Assembly: GCA_014800795.1 (NCBI GenBank)
Contig: JAAVFL010000035.1
Span: 6,869 to 70,868 of the forward strand
Direction of reading: 5' to 3'
From: Bacteroidales bacterium
GTDB taxonomy: Bacteria; Bacteroidota; Bacteroidia; Bacteroidales; Muribaculaceae
Length of the DNA stretch: 64,000 nt
The position numbers and the translations under genes were made by a program. A model generated the notes under the pieces. It worked only from the letters and a program-made list of their open reading frames with translations, was not told the origin of the DNA and made no database searches. Positions 1-11,525 of the stretch are shown in pieces; within the stretch, counting starts at the first letter, position 1; each line of letters begins with the position of its first letter.

Positions 1-1
1 T

Positions 2-1111
2 AACAGTAAGTTAAAGGTATTTGCTGCTGATGATAGCAAGCTAGACGGATTTAACGCTAGCTTTGGATTGGTGGATGAATACCACTCTGCTAAGAACTCT
101 AAAGTAAGGGATGTAATTAAATCTTCTATGGGTATGAGGTAGAATCCGCATTTATGCACTATTACTACTGCTGGATTTGATAAAACATTACCCTGCTACA
201 AACTAAGAACTACAGCTATAGAAATACTGAATAAATTGAAGGAAGATGATAGTATGTTTATTGCTATCTACTCCTTAGATGATGAAGATGATTGGACTAA
301 AGAAGAGAACTGGGTAAAGTGTACTCCTAATCTGGATGTAACTGTTACCACAAAATATATCAAAGAATAGGTATAGAGTGCTATAAATAATCCTTCTGAG
401 GAAGTAGGTGTGAAAACCAAAACCCTTAATCTCTGGTGTGATTCCGCTTCCGTATGGCTTCCAGAATCCTACATAGATAGAAATAGCCAGAAGTTAAAGC
501 TGGAAGATTTTGAAGGATGCCCCTGCTATATCGGAGTAGATCTAGGTGCTACTTCTGACCTCACAGCGGTAACATATCTTATAGAGAAGGATGGTACTTA
601 TTACTTCAAGACAGATTACTATTTACCAGAATCAGCATTAAAAGAGAAGCCAGATAGAGAAACTTATAAGTATTGGAAGCAGATGGGATTACTAAAGGTT
701 ACTGAGGGTAATGTTACCGATTATGACTATATAACCAATGACTTAGTAAAGGCTAGTGAGATAGTGAATATTTAGGCTATCGGATATGATAAGTATAATG
801 CTACTCAGTGGGCGATTCATTCTACAGAGCTGGGATTACCTTTAGAGGAATATCCTTAGACGCTGGGAAATTTCAATAAGCCTACTAGAGAGCTGGAGCG
901 GTTAATACTATCTGGTAAAGCTGTAATAGATAACAATGAAATAAATAGATGGTGTTTTAAGAATGTTACCCTTAAATCAGACCATAACGGAAATGTGAAG
1001 CCTAACAAAGATGTGAAGGCTAAGAAGATTGATGGTGTGATAGCTATGATATAGGCTCTGGGTATGTATCTTCAAGTGCCACACTATTCAAACGAAATAA
1101 CAATAATTTAA
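2..1111 (+). CDS. terL: Terminase large subunit, C-terminal part (5' partial). Requires read-through of 6 in-frame TAGs.
   Basis: Frame-2 translation reads ...LVDEYHSAKNSKVRDVIKSSMGMR(TAG)NPHLCTITTAGFDK...KTLNLWCDS...IDGVIAMI(TAG)ALGMY..., typical of Terminase_1-type large subunits. In-frame TAGs start at 140, 368, 374, 773, 857 and 1052. The real stop is TAA at 1109-1111. Confidence 0.9.
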
Positions 1112-1124
1112 TAATAATCTACTT

Positions 1125-2375
1125 ATGTTCGGATTTGGTAAACGAAAAGAACAGCCTAAAGTAGAGGAAAGAAGTAGTATGTTTGGTTATCTTACTTATG
1201 GTAGTGCCAGTAGCTATACTACTGAAAAGGCTGTGTTACTTTCTACCGTCTATAGATGTGTAGAGGTAATATCTGATTCAATAGCCTAGCTTCCACTAGA
1301 GCCTTATAAAATGGATAGTCAAGGCTATAAAATCAAGTTTACTTCACACCCTACTTACAAGCTGCTAAACAAAGAGCCTAACCCTAGAATGACTAGATTT
1401 GACTTTATAAAGGTTCTGATAGTATCTACTCTTCTTAAAGGTAATGGCTATGCTTATATAGAAAGAGATGAAAGGGGAAATGCAAAAGGCTTACACTTCC
1501 TTCCGTCTGAGATTGTAACTATCATTAGACCTAAAACACTTAGCGAAGCAGTATCTTACAGTATTGCAGGACTGGGTAAGGTGGAAAGCTGCAATATGAT
1601 TCATATTAAGAATTTCAGCTATGACGGTATAGAGGGTGTATCTACTCTTAGACACGCTAGGAACTCTTTGGGATTAGCAGTAGATAGTGAAGCTCACGCT
1701 GCTGGATTCTTTAAGGGCGGTGCTAATCTGGCTGGTATTTTGAAATCTACCACTAACCTTAATTCACAACAGAAGGACTAGCTTAAAAGAAGCTGGCAAA
1801 TGGCTTTTAGTCCTGCTACTGGTACTCCTAATGGTGTTGCTGTATTAGAAGGAAATCTAACCTTTGAGCCTATTACAGTAAATCCTACTGATGCTCAACT
1901 ATTAGAAACTAGGCAATTTAATGTAGTGGATATATGCCGATTCTTTGGGGTATCTCCAGTAAAGGCTTTTGATTTGACTAAATCAAGCTATTCAACTGTA
2001 GAAGCTACTAACCTATCATTCCTTACTGAAACCTTATCACCACTCTTAGAGAAGATAGAGCTGGAATTTGAGAGGAAGCTGTATAAGCCTTCAGAGAAGG
2101 ATTCAATAGATGTAAGATTTGATACAGCTACATTACTGAGAGCCGATAAAGCAGCCTTAGCACAATACTATAACACGCTCTTTAATATCGGTGTGGTTAG
2201 TCCTAATGATATTAGAAAGCAGTTGGATTTACCAGCTATAGAAGGTGGCGATAATACCTTTGTATAGGTTAATATCCAGACCTTAGAAAGAGCTGTATCA
2301 TCTACTCCAGATGATACCAATACCATTAAAGAGAAAACGGATCTACAAACTGATATATTAACTGATAAAGAATAA
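1125..2375 (+). CDS. Portal protein (HK97/SPP1-like Phage_portal family). 3 in-frame TAGs.
   Basis: Joins ATG 1125 with ORF-track pieces 1311-1781 and 1800-2267, all in the same frame. Motifs: STVYRCVEVISDSIA(TAG)LPLEPY, GNGYAYIERD, LLETRQFNVVDICRFFGVSP. TAGs at 1287, 1779 and 2265. Stop is TAA at 2373-2375. Confidence 0.9.
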
Positions 2376-2380
2376 TTAAA

Positions 2381-4762
2381 ATGGAAATTAAAAAAGGCAG
2401 TGATTTAATCCTTATCCTTAGATTAGAGGATATTAAAGGCAGACCACTAAGAGTAAATGATACCGCTCACATTAAGGTATATGTTTGGACTGCAAACAAG
2501 AATAACTATCTGGTATTTAATAAAAGAGATATTCTTACAGATGGGAATGTAGATAGAATTGCCATCCCTAGCGACTTTATGAACACTCTGGAAACTGGTG
2601 TAGTATGCTATACTTATGATTACGCCGTGTGGGATTCTGCCTTCAAGCATACTGATTGTATGTATAATAAGGTTAAAGAGGTAGTTACTGATTTACTTTG
2701 GGAGAATTGTAATTTTAATGAAATCCCAGCTAACCCGATCAATTATCAGACACTTGAATATATTAAGGATCTGATTGAAGCTGAGAGATTAGAGAGGGTT
2801 AGAGATGTTAAGCACTTAGAGCATTTTGTAAAGTGTGAATATACCGATAAGCTAAATGAAGAGGTTAAGAGAAGCACACAAGTAGATATAGAAATGCTCA
2901 ACCGTATCAACTCCAATAAGGAACTTACTGATAATGCTGTTAAGGCTGTATCTGATAAGCTGGAAGCAGAGGTAAAGAGAAGTAATGAAGTTGATATAGA
3001 AATGTATAAGGTTATTAAGGAGAATAAAGATGGTGCTTCTGAGAAGATTGAGGAAGCCACTAATACCTTCTCTAATGCTCTTAATAACGAAATCTCCAGA
3101 GCTACCACAAAGGAGAATGAGCTAGCTACCAATCTTACTACAGAAATCAATAGAGTAACTGCTGAAATCAATACTACCAGAGATAGTATCGGTGCTGAGA
3201 AAGATAGAGCTAAGGATGCTGAGAAGTAGATTAAGGCTCTTCTGGATGCTGAAATTGATAGAGCTGTAGAAAAGGAAACTACCCTTAATGACAAGATTAA
3301 AGAGGAAGCAGCCAGAGCTAAAAATATGGAGAATGAGCTGCTACAGCATTTAGGGGATGAAATGGCACGTTCCTTAGAAAAGGATAGAGAGCATAAGCAG
3401 GAAATTGATATAGAAGTAAACCGTGCTAAAGCTGAGGAAAACAGAATAGATAACGCTCTTCAAGTAGAGGTATCTAGAAGTAAAGCTAAGGATGAAGAGC
3501 TTATTTCTACTATCCAATCAGAAGTAGAACGTGCTAAGACTGTAGAGAAGGATATTACCACTTCTCTTCAAAATCTGAAAGCTACTGTAACCAGTAAGAA
3601 TACTGAGGTAACTGAAGCCTTAGATGCAGAGGTAAACAGAGCAAAAGCAGCAGAGAAGGCTGTAGCTGATGATCTGGCTGCTGAGGTATCTAGAGCTAAG
3701 GCAGAAGAGAAGCTAATTAGTGATGCTCTTAAAGCAGAAGTTAAACGCTCAACTGATGAGGATGAAGCTATTAAGGCTTCTATTGCCGGTATAGCTTCCG
3801 ATGCTTCCGGAATTACTGAGAAGTTAAATGATGAGATTAGCCGGGCAAAAGCTAAAGAGAGTGAACTAAAGAGCAATATTGACGCTGTAAATACTTCACT
3901 TACTTCTCTTTCTGGAACTGTAGCCGATGAAATTACCAGAGCTAAATCATCTGAAAAAGAAATAGATGATAAGGTTAAAGCTGAAATCACCAGAGCCACA
4001 AATAAAGAAGCTGAATTAGCTGCCGCTATTGAAGCTGCTAATACCAATGTTACCAACACTCTTAAAGATTACGCCACTAAGGAAGAGGTAGATGGTAGGA
4101 TTAAGGATGTAATTGGTACTGCTCCAACTGCTTTAGATACACTCGGAGAGATCGCTGATAAACTTACTGATAATGATGATGCTGTAGCTGCAATAGTAAG
4201 CACTTTATCAGATAAGGCTAATAGCTCTGATGTATATACAAAATCTGAGGTAGATACAAAGGTAGCTACTATTCAATCCAACACAGCTACAGCTCTTACT
4301 GATGAAGTAAATAGAGCTAAGGCTAAGGAAGCCGAAATAGAATCAAGTGTAACAACAGAAGCAGCCAGAGCTACAGCAGCAGAGAATAAACTGGCTACTG
4401 ACCTTCAAACGGAAGCAGATAGAGCTAAGACTGCTGAAAGGGCAATTTCTGATAAGATTGACGTTATCAACGGTGATAATACTGTGATGGGTTCTATTGC
4501 TCACGCTGTAGAGGATGCCAAACACTATACCGATGATGAGATCAGTAAGCTAAATGTGGCTGTAAATAATAGTATCGCTGATGAAGCATCTAGAGCAGCC
4601 AGAGCTGAAAAGGATAATGCAGACGCTATTAAGGCTGAAGTTGAAAGAGCTAAATCTGCTGAATCCGATATTACGGATTCTATAGATGGTGTGAAGGATG
4701 ATGTAGCTGCTATCAGAGCAGGGTTTAGGGTAGAAAACGGAACTCTATATATAAATCTTTAA
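2381..4762 (+). CDS. Long coiled-coil fiber-like protein (about 793 aa) with roughly 20 copies of an E-[VI]-x-R-[AS]-K-x-x-E heptad-like motif. 1 in-frame TAG.
   Basis: Pieces 2381-3229 and 3326-4762 share a frame and are joined through the TAG at 3227. Repeats include EVNRAKAEENRI, EVSRAKAEEKLI and EITRAKSSEKEI. The GTAPTALDTLGEIADKL motif is common in phage tail-fiber proteins. The N-terminal 110 aa look like a beta-rich domain. Confidence 0.6.
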
Positions 4763-4768
4763 TGACTT

Positions 4769-5605
4769 ATGGCAAATATAACTAAAATAAATCTGAAGGG
4801 TACTGAGTATATCCTAACCGATCTGGAAGCTCAGAGCCTTATAGCACAACTCAGAGAATCTACCTATAATAAAACAGAGGTAGATTCTTTGATGACAGCT
4901 ATTGATAATAAGATAGAAGGGATTGATTTAGCTTCTTATGAAACTATCAAAGGAGCAGAAGGCAAATACCAGCCTAAAGGAGATTACTTAACAGAGCATT
5001 AGGATATTAGTGGATTAGCTACTAAAGAGGATGTAGCGGAAGCTGTAGCTGGTATGGATGAGCAGTTTACTAACTATGTTACAAAGGATGAACTTCCTGC
5101 TGCTTATGATGATACTGAGCTTAAAGATAGAGTATCAGCACTTGAAGCTAATGGCGGTTCTGACTATGATGATACAGAGGTTAAGTCTAGATTAGATGAA
5201 CTTGAAGCTATCGATCATAGCCAGTACCTAACAGAAGATAGCACTGCTATTAAGGATATTGAAAACAGTATTGAAGGGAAAGCCGATACTGTTAATGTAT
5301 ATGCTAAAGAAGATACATACAACAAGACCCAGATAGATGAAATGGTATCGGCTGTAAACACTCAGTTAAATAGCAAACTTCCAATAGATAGCTTTAATGA
5401 ATGGAGTGAAACGGTAGCCACAAAAGAGGAAGTATCTGGTAAAGTAGATGTAGAAGATGGTAAAGGACTTTCTACAAATGATTACACAGATGCAGAAAAG
5501 GCTAAGTTAGCTGCTACCCCTACATTCTGGGTAGGTACACAAGCTGAATATGATGCTATATCTACTAAAGATAATAATACGTTCTACTATATAGCTGAAG
5601 AGTGA
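4769..5605 (+). CDS. Fiber-like protein carrying the shared N-terminal 'ITKINLxGxEY' module. 1 in-frame TAG.
   Basis: Pieces 4769-5002 and 5054-5605 share a frame and join through the TAG at 5000. N-terminus is MANITKINLKGTEYILTDLEAQ. The stop TGA overlaps the next ATG (ATGA at 5602). Confidence 0.5.
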
Positions 5606-6705
5606 TGAATGGAACTAGTAAGGGATTGGTAGGAGTGTTTGCTAATGGCACTCCTATCAGTACCATATATAACGGATTAAAAATAGTGTGGAGTAAGACA
5701 GCTTTAGCTCCAGTTAATCCTTATACTGGTTCTGTGGCTTTTGAGGTTGATACCCAGTTTGGAAATACTGTATATTTCCCTATTATTCCTTCTCACAGAT
5801 ACACTTCTAATACAGTATATGCTGAGGGCGTAATAGATTGGGGTGATGGCAAAACTACAAATTATTCTAAATCAACCAATCAAACAGCAGCAGCCAGAAG
5901 GATCAGCCACACTTATAACACAGATGGAAGATATACAGTAGTGTTTACTCCTTCTACAAAACACTATGAGATTAGTGATGGTGATTGGACTAAAAATTAT
6001 ATCAATCCGATTACTAAATTTCTGAGCTATGGAGATTAGGAAACTGCTATGTTTTATATGTACTATCCAAACTATATATCTTACTTAGCTCCTAATGGCT
6101 CTTTTGATGATAGACTATATATTAACTATAGCAGATATGAAGGTACTATGAATCTGGATAGTGTATTTAGTGTAGGAGAAAAGGCAGGATGTATTAGCTA
6201 TAGTAAAATGAGTAGAATAGAAGGTGATATGTTCAGGGGAAATACTAAATTAAAGAATGTTGGAAGTATTTTGATTTATAACGATAATCTAAAATATATT
6301 GAAACTCTTAATATTGCCACTGCTACCAGTGCATCTAACATTATCGGGCAATCCCCAGTAATGATAATTGAAACTGTTGCAATGCCTACAGCTTTGGATA
6401 ATATGGCTAAGATTTTGGATAGTGGATATTATAATGACAGCTCTATGATTGGAGAACTGAGATAGATGGAAATAACCAATATCAGTAGCAATAAAAATTC
6501 CTATCTTTATTTTGATGGATTAACTAACTGGGGAGTAAATTCAGATGAAGCTCCTAACGCCAGACAGAGCCTAGTTAAAAGCCTTCTAACTAATACTACA
6601 GAGAAAACTAGTGCTGTTAAAATCTATCTATCTGCCAACACAAAAGCACTCTTAACAGATGAGGAAATAGCACAAATAACTTCTAAAGGATATACTATAT
6701 TATGA
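5602..6705 (+). CDS. Hypothetical structural protein, possibly the distal or receptor-binding partner of the fiber. 2 in-frame TAGs.
   Basis: Three ORF-track pieces (5602-6039, 6049-6465, 6466-6705) share one frame. TAGs at 6037 and 6463. The stop TGA overlaps the ATG at 6702. Confidence 0.45.
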
Positions 6706-6932
6706 AACAAACTACATACACTACTAGGGTTCTGATTCCAGAACTGGGAAACTATATTACACAAGCTGAAGATGTTGATATTATACACAGAGTATTCTCT
6801 GAGAAGGTATTTCTAGCGGTTAATGATTCCCCTTCTAATTGGAAAGAAATTACAGCAGATGAAGCAGAGATTTTAATGGCTGCTCAGAAGGCAGCTCTGG
6901 AAGAGGAAGCTAATAAGGATGAAGCTAACTAA
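6702..6932 (+). CDS. Small acidic hypothetical protein (76 aa), with no in-frame TAG.
   Basis: Intact ORF translationally coupled (ATGA) to the upstream gene. I recognise no motif. Confidence 0.4.
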   Translation: MKQTTYTTRVLIPELGNYITQAEDVDIIHRVFSEKVFLAVNDSPSNWKEITADEAEILMAAQKAALEEEANKDEAN

Positions 6933-7092
6933 AGCAATTATAGACGGTAAGGAATACGATGTTACCGATAAACAAGCTCAACAACTATTAGACGTGCTAT
7001 CTGGTAAAATGGATAGCTTGGAAGAGAGTATGAGTAAGATGAGAGAACAGATGAAGGAATTTGTAGAATCATTTGAATGGCTGGAGCTATGA
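6919..7092 (+). CDS. Short paralog of the 'ITKINL' N-terminal module (57 aa).
   Basis: Hand translation: MKLTKAIIDGKEYDVTDKQAQQLLDVLSGKMDSLEESMSKMREQMKEFVESFEWLEL. Below the ORF-track size cutoff. The stop TGA overlaps the next ATG. Confidence 0.4.
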   Translation: MKLTKAIIDGKEYDVTDKQAQQLLDVLSGKMDSLEESMSKMREQMKEFVESFEWLEL

Positions 7093-7241
7093 AAATCACT
7101 AAAATAAATATTGACGGAAAAGAATATATCATTAAAGATAAAGAAGCTCAGATAGCAGTAGAAGAGCTGAGATCTAAACTTGAAGCTGTGGAGCAGGAAT
7201 TAAAATCAGTGTCAAAACTACATATAATTGAAGTAGAGTAA
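7089..7241 (+). CDS. Short paralog of the 'ITKINL' N-terminal module (50 aa).
   Basis: Hand translation: MKITKINIDGKEYIIKDKEAQIAVEELRSKLEAVEQELKSVSKLHIIEVE. TAATG overlap with the next gene. Confidence 0.4.
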   Translation: MKITKINIDGKEYIIKDKEAQIAVEELRSKLEAVEQELKSVSKLHIIEVE

Positions 7242-7762
7242 TGGATAATATCACTAAAATCAATCTTAACGGTAAAGAATATATAATTACCGATAATGAA
7301 GCTCAATTAGTTATTTAGGAGCTTCTTAACCGTATTGCTGAACTTGAAGATAAGACAGCAGAAGCTAAAGAAGTATCTGAGTTTACTAAGGGAAGTATCT
7401 TTGCTGGAGTAATGGATGAAACCGATAAGGATAACCCTATTACTTATGAACTCTTAGCTTCTCAGTTAATAAAGGATTCAGTGAATAATAAAGTATTTGC
7501 TAATACTGATAAACCAATTACAGTAAGATATGACTGGCTATCCGCTAAGAAAGAACTACCATTAAAAACCTTCCTTCTCTTAGTTCCTGCCACACATAAG
7601 AATCTTTATAGCCTATCTTCTCCTAGCCAGAACTTTGTAGGATGGGATGATGAATATACAGTAGTAACTATCAACTTCCCTACTGGATCTATGCAGTATA
7701 AAGTTTTCAGATTTGCTAACTGGCTGGTAAGATGCCAGAATGAAATTACCTATAAATTCTGA
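7241..7762 (+). CDS. 'ITKINL'-module protein with a distinct C-terminal domain (173 aa). 1 in-frame TAG.
   Basis: MDNITKINLNGKEYIITDNEAQLVI(TAG)ELLNRIAELEDK... runs in frame into ORF-track piece 7412-7762. TAG at 7316. Confidence 0.5.
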
Positions 7763-7767
7763 TAGCA

Positions 7768-8106
7768 ATGGAGATTACTAAGATCAATATAAACGGAGTG
7801 GAGTATGAGCTGGTAGATAAGTCTTCTAGAGAAACAATAGATAAGATCAATGAGCCATATATACCATATCCTAGAATACAGAAGGATGTGATAGAAGCTC
7901 AGAATATCAGTGATACTATCTTTGATGGCTTTAATGTAATGCCCTATACCTACTTCTACTTCACTTCCACTAATAAGGATAGAGTGCTTTATACTAAGCT
8001 GGGTAATACTTTTCATTAGAATTAGGTTTACCCAGTTAGCCACTTATCCAATAATGTAGATGAACTTGAAGAGGGAGAAGTTATTACTATCTACTATGGG
8101 AATTGA
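7768..8106 (+). CDS. 'ITKINL'-module protein (112 aa). 2 in-frame TAGs.
   Basis: MEITKININGVEYELVDKSS... extends past TAGs at 8017 and 8023 to a TGA at 8104-8106. Confidence 0.45.
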
Positions 8107-8299
8107 GTATAGTTATCTTCTGGATGATTATTTAGAGGATGAAAGAGTAGCCTTTATAGCTGCTGAAATGGAAACTTTAAGATAGATGGCTGCTATCTAT
8201 GATGGATCTGAGTATGCCAGAAGCTCAGATGATGAATAATCCCCTTTATGAGATTTTTAAGATTGTATCACAAATTACTGTAATATAATAAAGAAAAAT

Positions 8300-8875
8300 A
8301 TGGTAAGAGAAGTAAGAAACACTAATAACGAAATTACACCGATTTTACCAGAATCCAGATTAGTGAGTGGCTATGCTATTGTATTTAATTCGGATTCTAA
8401 TGATTTAGGTGGATTTACTGAGCGGATTAATCCCGATGCCTTAAATGGAGTTGTAGAGAAGTCGGATGTACTTTGTTTGCTTAACCATAATGAGGATAGA
8501 GGTGTATTAGCCAGAAGTAATAAGGGTGAAGGTAGCTTAACCTTAGAGATAGATGAAATTGGATTAAAATACTCTTTTGAAGCTCCTAATACTGCTCTGG
8601 GTGATGAGCTGTTAGAAGGACTTAGAAGAGGTGATATTTCTACTTCCAGTTTTGCCTTCACAGTTGAAAAAGATAGCTGGAGTAAGAATGAAGATGGCAG
8701 CTATCTTAGAACTATCAATAGTATCAGTGAGCTATTTGATGTATCGCCAGTGTATAGAGCTGCTTATGATGCCACTTCTGTAAAGGTGGATGCTAGAGGA
8801 CTGGATGAAATGAAGACAAAGGAGCAGGAAGAGCTAGCCAATTATTTTAATGAACTTAGAGCTAAATTAAAATGA
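8300..8875 (+). CDS. Prohead (capsid maturation) protease, HK97 family (S78/U35).
   Basis: SGYAIVFNSDSNDLGGFTERINPDAL...LLNHNEDRGVLAR...STSSFAFTV matches the HK97 prohead protease pattern. It sits immediately upstream of the MCP with an ATGA overlap. No in-frame TAG. Confidence 0.9.
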   Translation: MVREVRNTNNEITPILPESRLVSGYAIVFNSDSNDLGGFTERINPDALNGVVEKSDVLCLLNHNEDRGVLARSNKGEGSLTLEIDEIGLKYSFEAPNTALGDELLEGLRRGDISTSSFAFTVEKDSWSKNEDGSYLRTINSISELFDVSPVYRAAYDATSVKVDARGLDEMKTKEQEELANYFNELRAKLK

Positions 8876-10035
8876 ATAGTATTGAACTGATAGACAAAAA
8901 GGAACAGCTACAGATTAGAGCTAACGCTATTCTATCTGGTGCTGAAAAAGAATCTAGGAAGCTCAATGATGAGGAAACAGCTAGCTTCAATGAGATTCTT
9001 AAAGAGATAGAGCAAACAGATGAGGAACTTAGAAAGATGGATAACACTATAAATATTGACAATAACAATAAACAAATTAGAAAAATGGAAAAATTTTCTT
9101 TACTTAAAGCTATTAAGGCTGTAACTGAAAAGCAGCCACTTGATGAAAGAAGTGCAGCTATTGTAAATGAGGGTATCGCTGAAATGCGTAAGACTGGACT
9201 TTCTTTTAACGGACAGATTCAGCTTCCAGTAGAAGAGCGTGCTGATGTGCAAGCTACTGTAGCTACTGCTGGTATGGAAGCTGTGGCAACAGATAAACTT
9301 AATATTTTAGAGCCACTTCGCGCTAACTTGGTAATGGCTTAGGCTGGTGCTACCTTTATGACTGGACTTGTAGGAAATGTAGCTATCCCTATGTACGATG
9401 GAACTACTGTAGGTTGGGAAGGTGAAATAGACCCTGCTAAGGATGGTGCTGGTAAATTCTCTGAAATTGAACTTTCTCCTAAACGTCTTACTGCTTTTAT
9501 TGACGTATCTAAGCAGTTCCTACTTCAAGATTCTGTAAGTGCTGAAGCTATGCTTAGAAATGATATTGTAAAGGCTCTTTCTAACAAACTTGAAGCTACT
9601 ATTTTGGGTGATGCTGCTGGTACTAATAAAGTTCCTGCTGGTATCTTTAATGGTGCTGATGCTGTTACAACTCCAGATTATCTAACTACTGTTAGTATGG
9701 AGGAAACACTAGAGGAAGCTAATGTATATGGTGATTACTGCTATATCGTATCTCCTAAAGCTAAGGCACTTCTTCGCATTGCTAAGAAGGGTGATAATGG
9801 CTTTGTAATGGAGAATGGAGAAGTAAATGGTATTAAGGTACTTTGTACTTCTGCTGCTAAGGGTATGGTACTTGGTAATTTCTCTGAATATGTAATTGCT
9901 CAGTGGGGAGCTATTGATCTTACTATTGACCCTTATTCACAAGCTGTAAATGGCAAAGTAAGAATTATCATTAACGCTTACTTTGATGCTAAACCTAGAC
10001 GCTCTGAGGCTTTTGTAGCTGGAGTAGTTGAGTAA
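8872..10035 (+). CDS. Major capsid protein, HK97 fold, with an N-terminal coiled-coil delta domain. 1 in-frame TAG.
   Basis: Pieces 8872-9342 and 9358-10035 share a frame, joined through the TAG at 9340 (…RANLVMA(TAG)AGATFMTGLVGNVAIPMYDG…W.GE…). Position after the protease and a length of about 387 aa fit. Stop is TAA. Confidence 0.9.
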
Positions 10036-10062
10036 TAATTAGTGTTATAAATCGGTAGGAAA

Positions 10063-10086
10063 AGAGTAGGCGTAAAAGCCTACTCT
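10063..10086 (+). terminator. Stem-loop directly after the MCP gene (9-bp perfect stem AGAGTAGGC / GCCTACTCT, 6-nt loop).
   Basis: Inverted repeat read directly from the sequence. The downstream tract is only weakly T-rich, so it may be a partial terminator or a stabiliser. Confidence 0.4.
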
Positions 10087-10113
10087 GATTCTACTACTTA
10101 AAACGGATAGAGT

Positions 10114-10416
10114 ATGTATATTACATTGAGTAACGCAAAAAAGCATCTGCAAATAGATGATGATTATAAGGATGATGATGAATACCTTATAATGCTGATT
10201 CAAGTAGCGGAAGATGCTATAGAAGCTAATTTGAACACTCCTTTATCTTCTCTGCTAAGAAATGGTGTACTACCGAAATCTGTATATCATTCTATCCTGC
10301 TAATGATTGGTAATCTCTATTCAAATAGAGAGCCAGTTAGTTTTACTTCAGTTACTAAAGTGCCTTATACACTTGAATTTCTGTTAGCTACTTATAAACA
10401 CTATTATATACCGTAA
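10114..10416 (+). CDS. Head-tail connector protein (gp6-like / Phage_connect_1).
   Basis: MYITLSNAKKHLQIDDDYKDDDEYLIMLIQVAEDAIEANLN is the typical N-terminus of this family. Position after the MCP fits. No TAG. Confidence 0.75.
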   Translation: MYITLSNAKKHLQIDDDYKDDDEYLIMLIQVAEDAIEANLNTPLSSLLRNGVLPKSVYHSILLMIGNLYSNREPVSFTSVTKVPYTLEFLLATYKHYYIP

Positions 10417-10418
10417 AT

Positions 10419-10739
10419 ATGAGAGCTGGACTATTATCGGAAGTTATCTCAGTTGAAAAGCCAGTTACTATTACTGATGAGTTTGGAGCTAATTATACTA
10501 AATGGGAAACCTTCATAAGAAAGACAAAAGCACAAGTTACCTATACAAGCGGTAATAGGCTTAATGAGAATAATGAAATAATCTTTGCTTATGAAGTGGT
10601 ATTTACAGTGAGAATTTATCACCAGATAGATGAAAGAATGAGGATTATCTGGAAGAATAAAAAGTATCGTATATTATCCCTAGAAGAGAATAAACACCTT
10701 CAGACTTTAACAATTAAAGCGGAGCTAATCAATGAATAA
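10419..10739 (+). CDS. Head closure / head-tail joining protein (Phage_H_T_join-like).
   Basis: 106 aa in the canonical position. The pattern ...ITDEFGANYTKWE...AQV...IFAYEVVFTVR...RIIWKNKKYRILS is typical of this family. No TAG. Confidence 0.7.
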   Translation: MRAGLLSEVISVEKPVTITDEFGANYTKWETFIRKTKAQVTYTSGNRLNENNEIIFAYEVVFTVRIYHQIDERMRIIWKNKKYRILSLEENKHLQTLTIKAELINE

Positions 10740-11163
10740 CGTAAGTATTGATGATACTTCAGTACAAAATCTTTTTAATGCTTTAGACGCTGATTCTACT
10801 AAGTAGATCCTATTCACTGCTCTAAAGAAAGGTGGATAGAAGCTCACTAGCCAGACTAAGAGAAGTTTGAGAGCTAAATTAGGTGCTGGTGCTACTACTC
10901 CTAACAGATGGAACGGTAAGACGATGGAAAGCGGTGTAAGGCTTAAAGCTGATAAGGATTACTGTGAAGTATCTGTGAGTATATTAGGAGATTTTAGGCT
11001 GAAATTCTTTGAGAAGGGAACAGCACAAAGAAGGCTTAGAAGAGGTGGAGCTAACAGAGGTAGCATTAAACCCCTCAACTTCTTTAGAGAAGCTAGATAG
11101 CAGGATATAGATGAAACTATAAACAGTTCTATTACAGAATCATTAAGGCGTATTGAACGATGA
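10732..11163 (+). CDS. HK97 gp10-like tail-component protein. 3 in-frame TAGs.
   Basis: ATG 10732 is in frame with ORF-track piece 10867-11100. TAGs at 10804, 10837 and 11098. The TGA stop at 11161-11163 overlaps the next ATG (11160). Confidence 0.6.
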
Positions 11164-11525
11164 ACGGATTAGAAATAGGTAAAGCCATATATAAAGTGCT
11201 GGAAGGCACTACAAAAGTATATCCCTTAGTAGCTGATTAGGGTGCTGCTTTTCCCTTTATAGTCTATCGGAGAAGCGGACTATCACACGCTAACACTAAA
11301 GATAGATTCAGCTATTAGGAGCTGGCTACAGTAGAAGTAATTGTAGCTGCTGGTTCATATACTGAATCACTCCAGATCGCTAAACAAGTATTAGGCAGAA
11401 TGGAATATACTAGAGGGATGTACGAAAATATCAGCATATCAGAGATTAAGCTGGTAAATGCTGAGGAAGATTATATAGAAGATGCTTTTATACAAAAACT
11501 AACTTTTAATATTGAAATACTATGA
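11160..11525 (+). CDS. Tail completion / tail terminator protein (DUF3168-like). 2 in-frame TAGs.
   Basis: Hand translation: MNGLEIGKAIYKVLEGTTKVYPLVAD(TAG)GAAFPFIVYRRSG... TAGs at 11238 and 11316. The stop TGA overlaps the ATG at 11522. No piece of this gene reaches the ORF-track size cutoff because of the TAGs. Confidence 0.55.

Noticed and set aside
2746-4059. Minus-strand ORFs 2746-3294 and 3568-4059 (182 and 163 aa, Ser/Leu/Ala-rich).
   Set aside because: They are mirror-image artefacts, antisense to the repetitive coiled-coil fiber gene. They are low complexity and have no independent signals.
8096-8239. 47-codon ORF (MGIEYSYLLDDYLEDERVAFIAAEMETLR-TAG-MAAIYDGSEYARSSDDE) between the fiber cassette and the protease.
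   Set aside because: It is plausible as a small recoded gene, but it is too short and has no motif. I did not list it as a feature.
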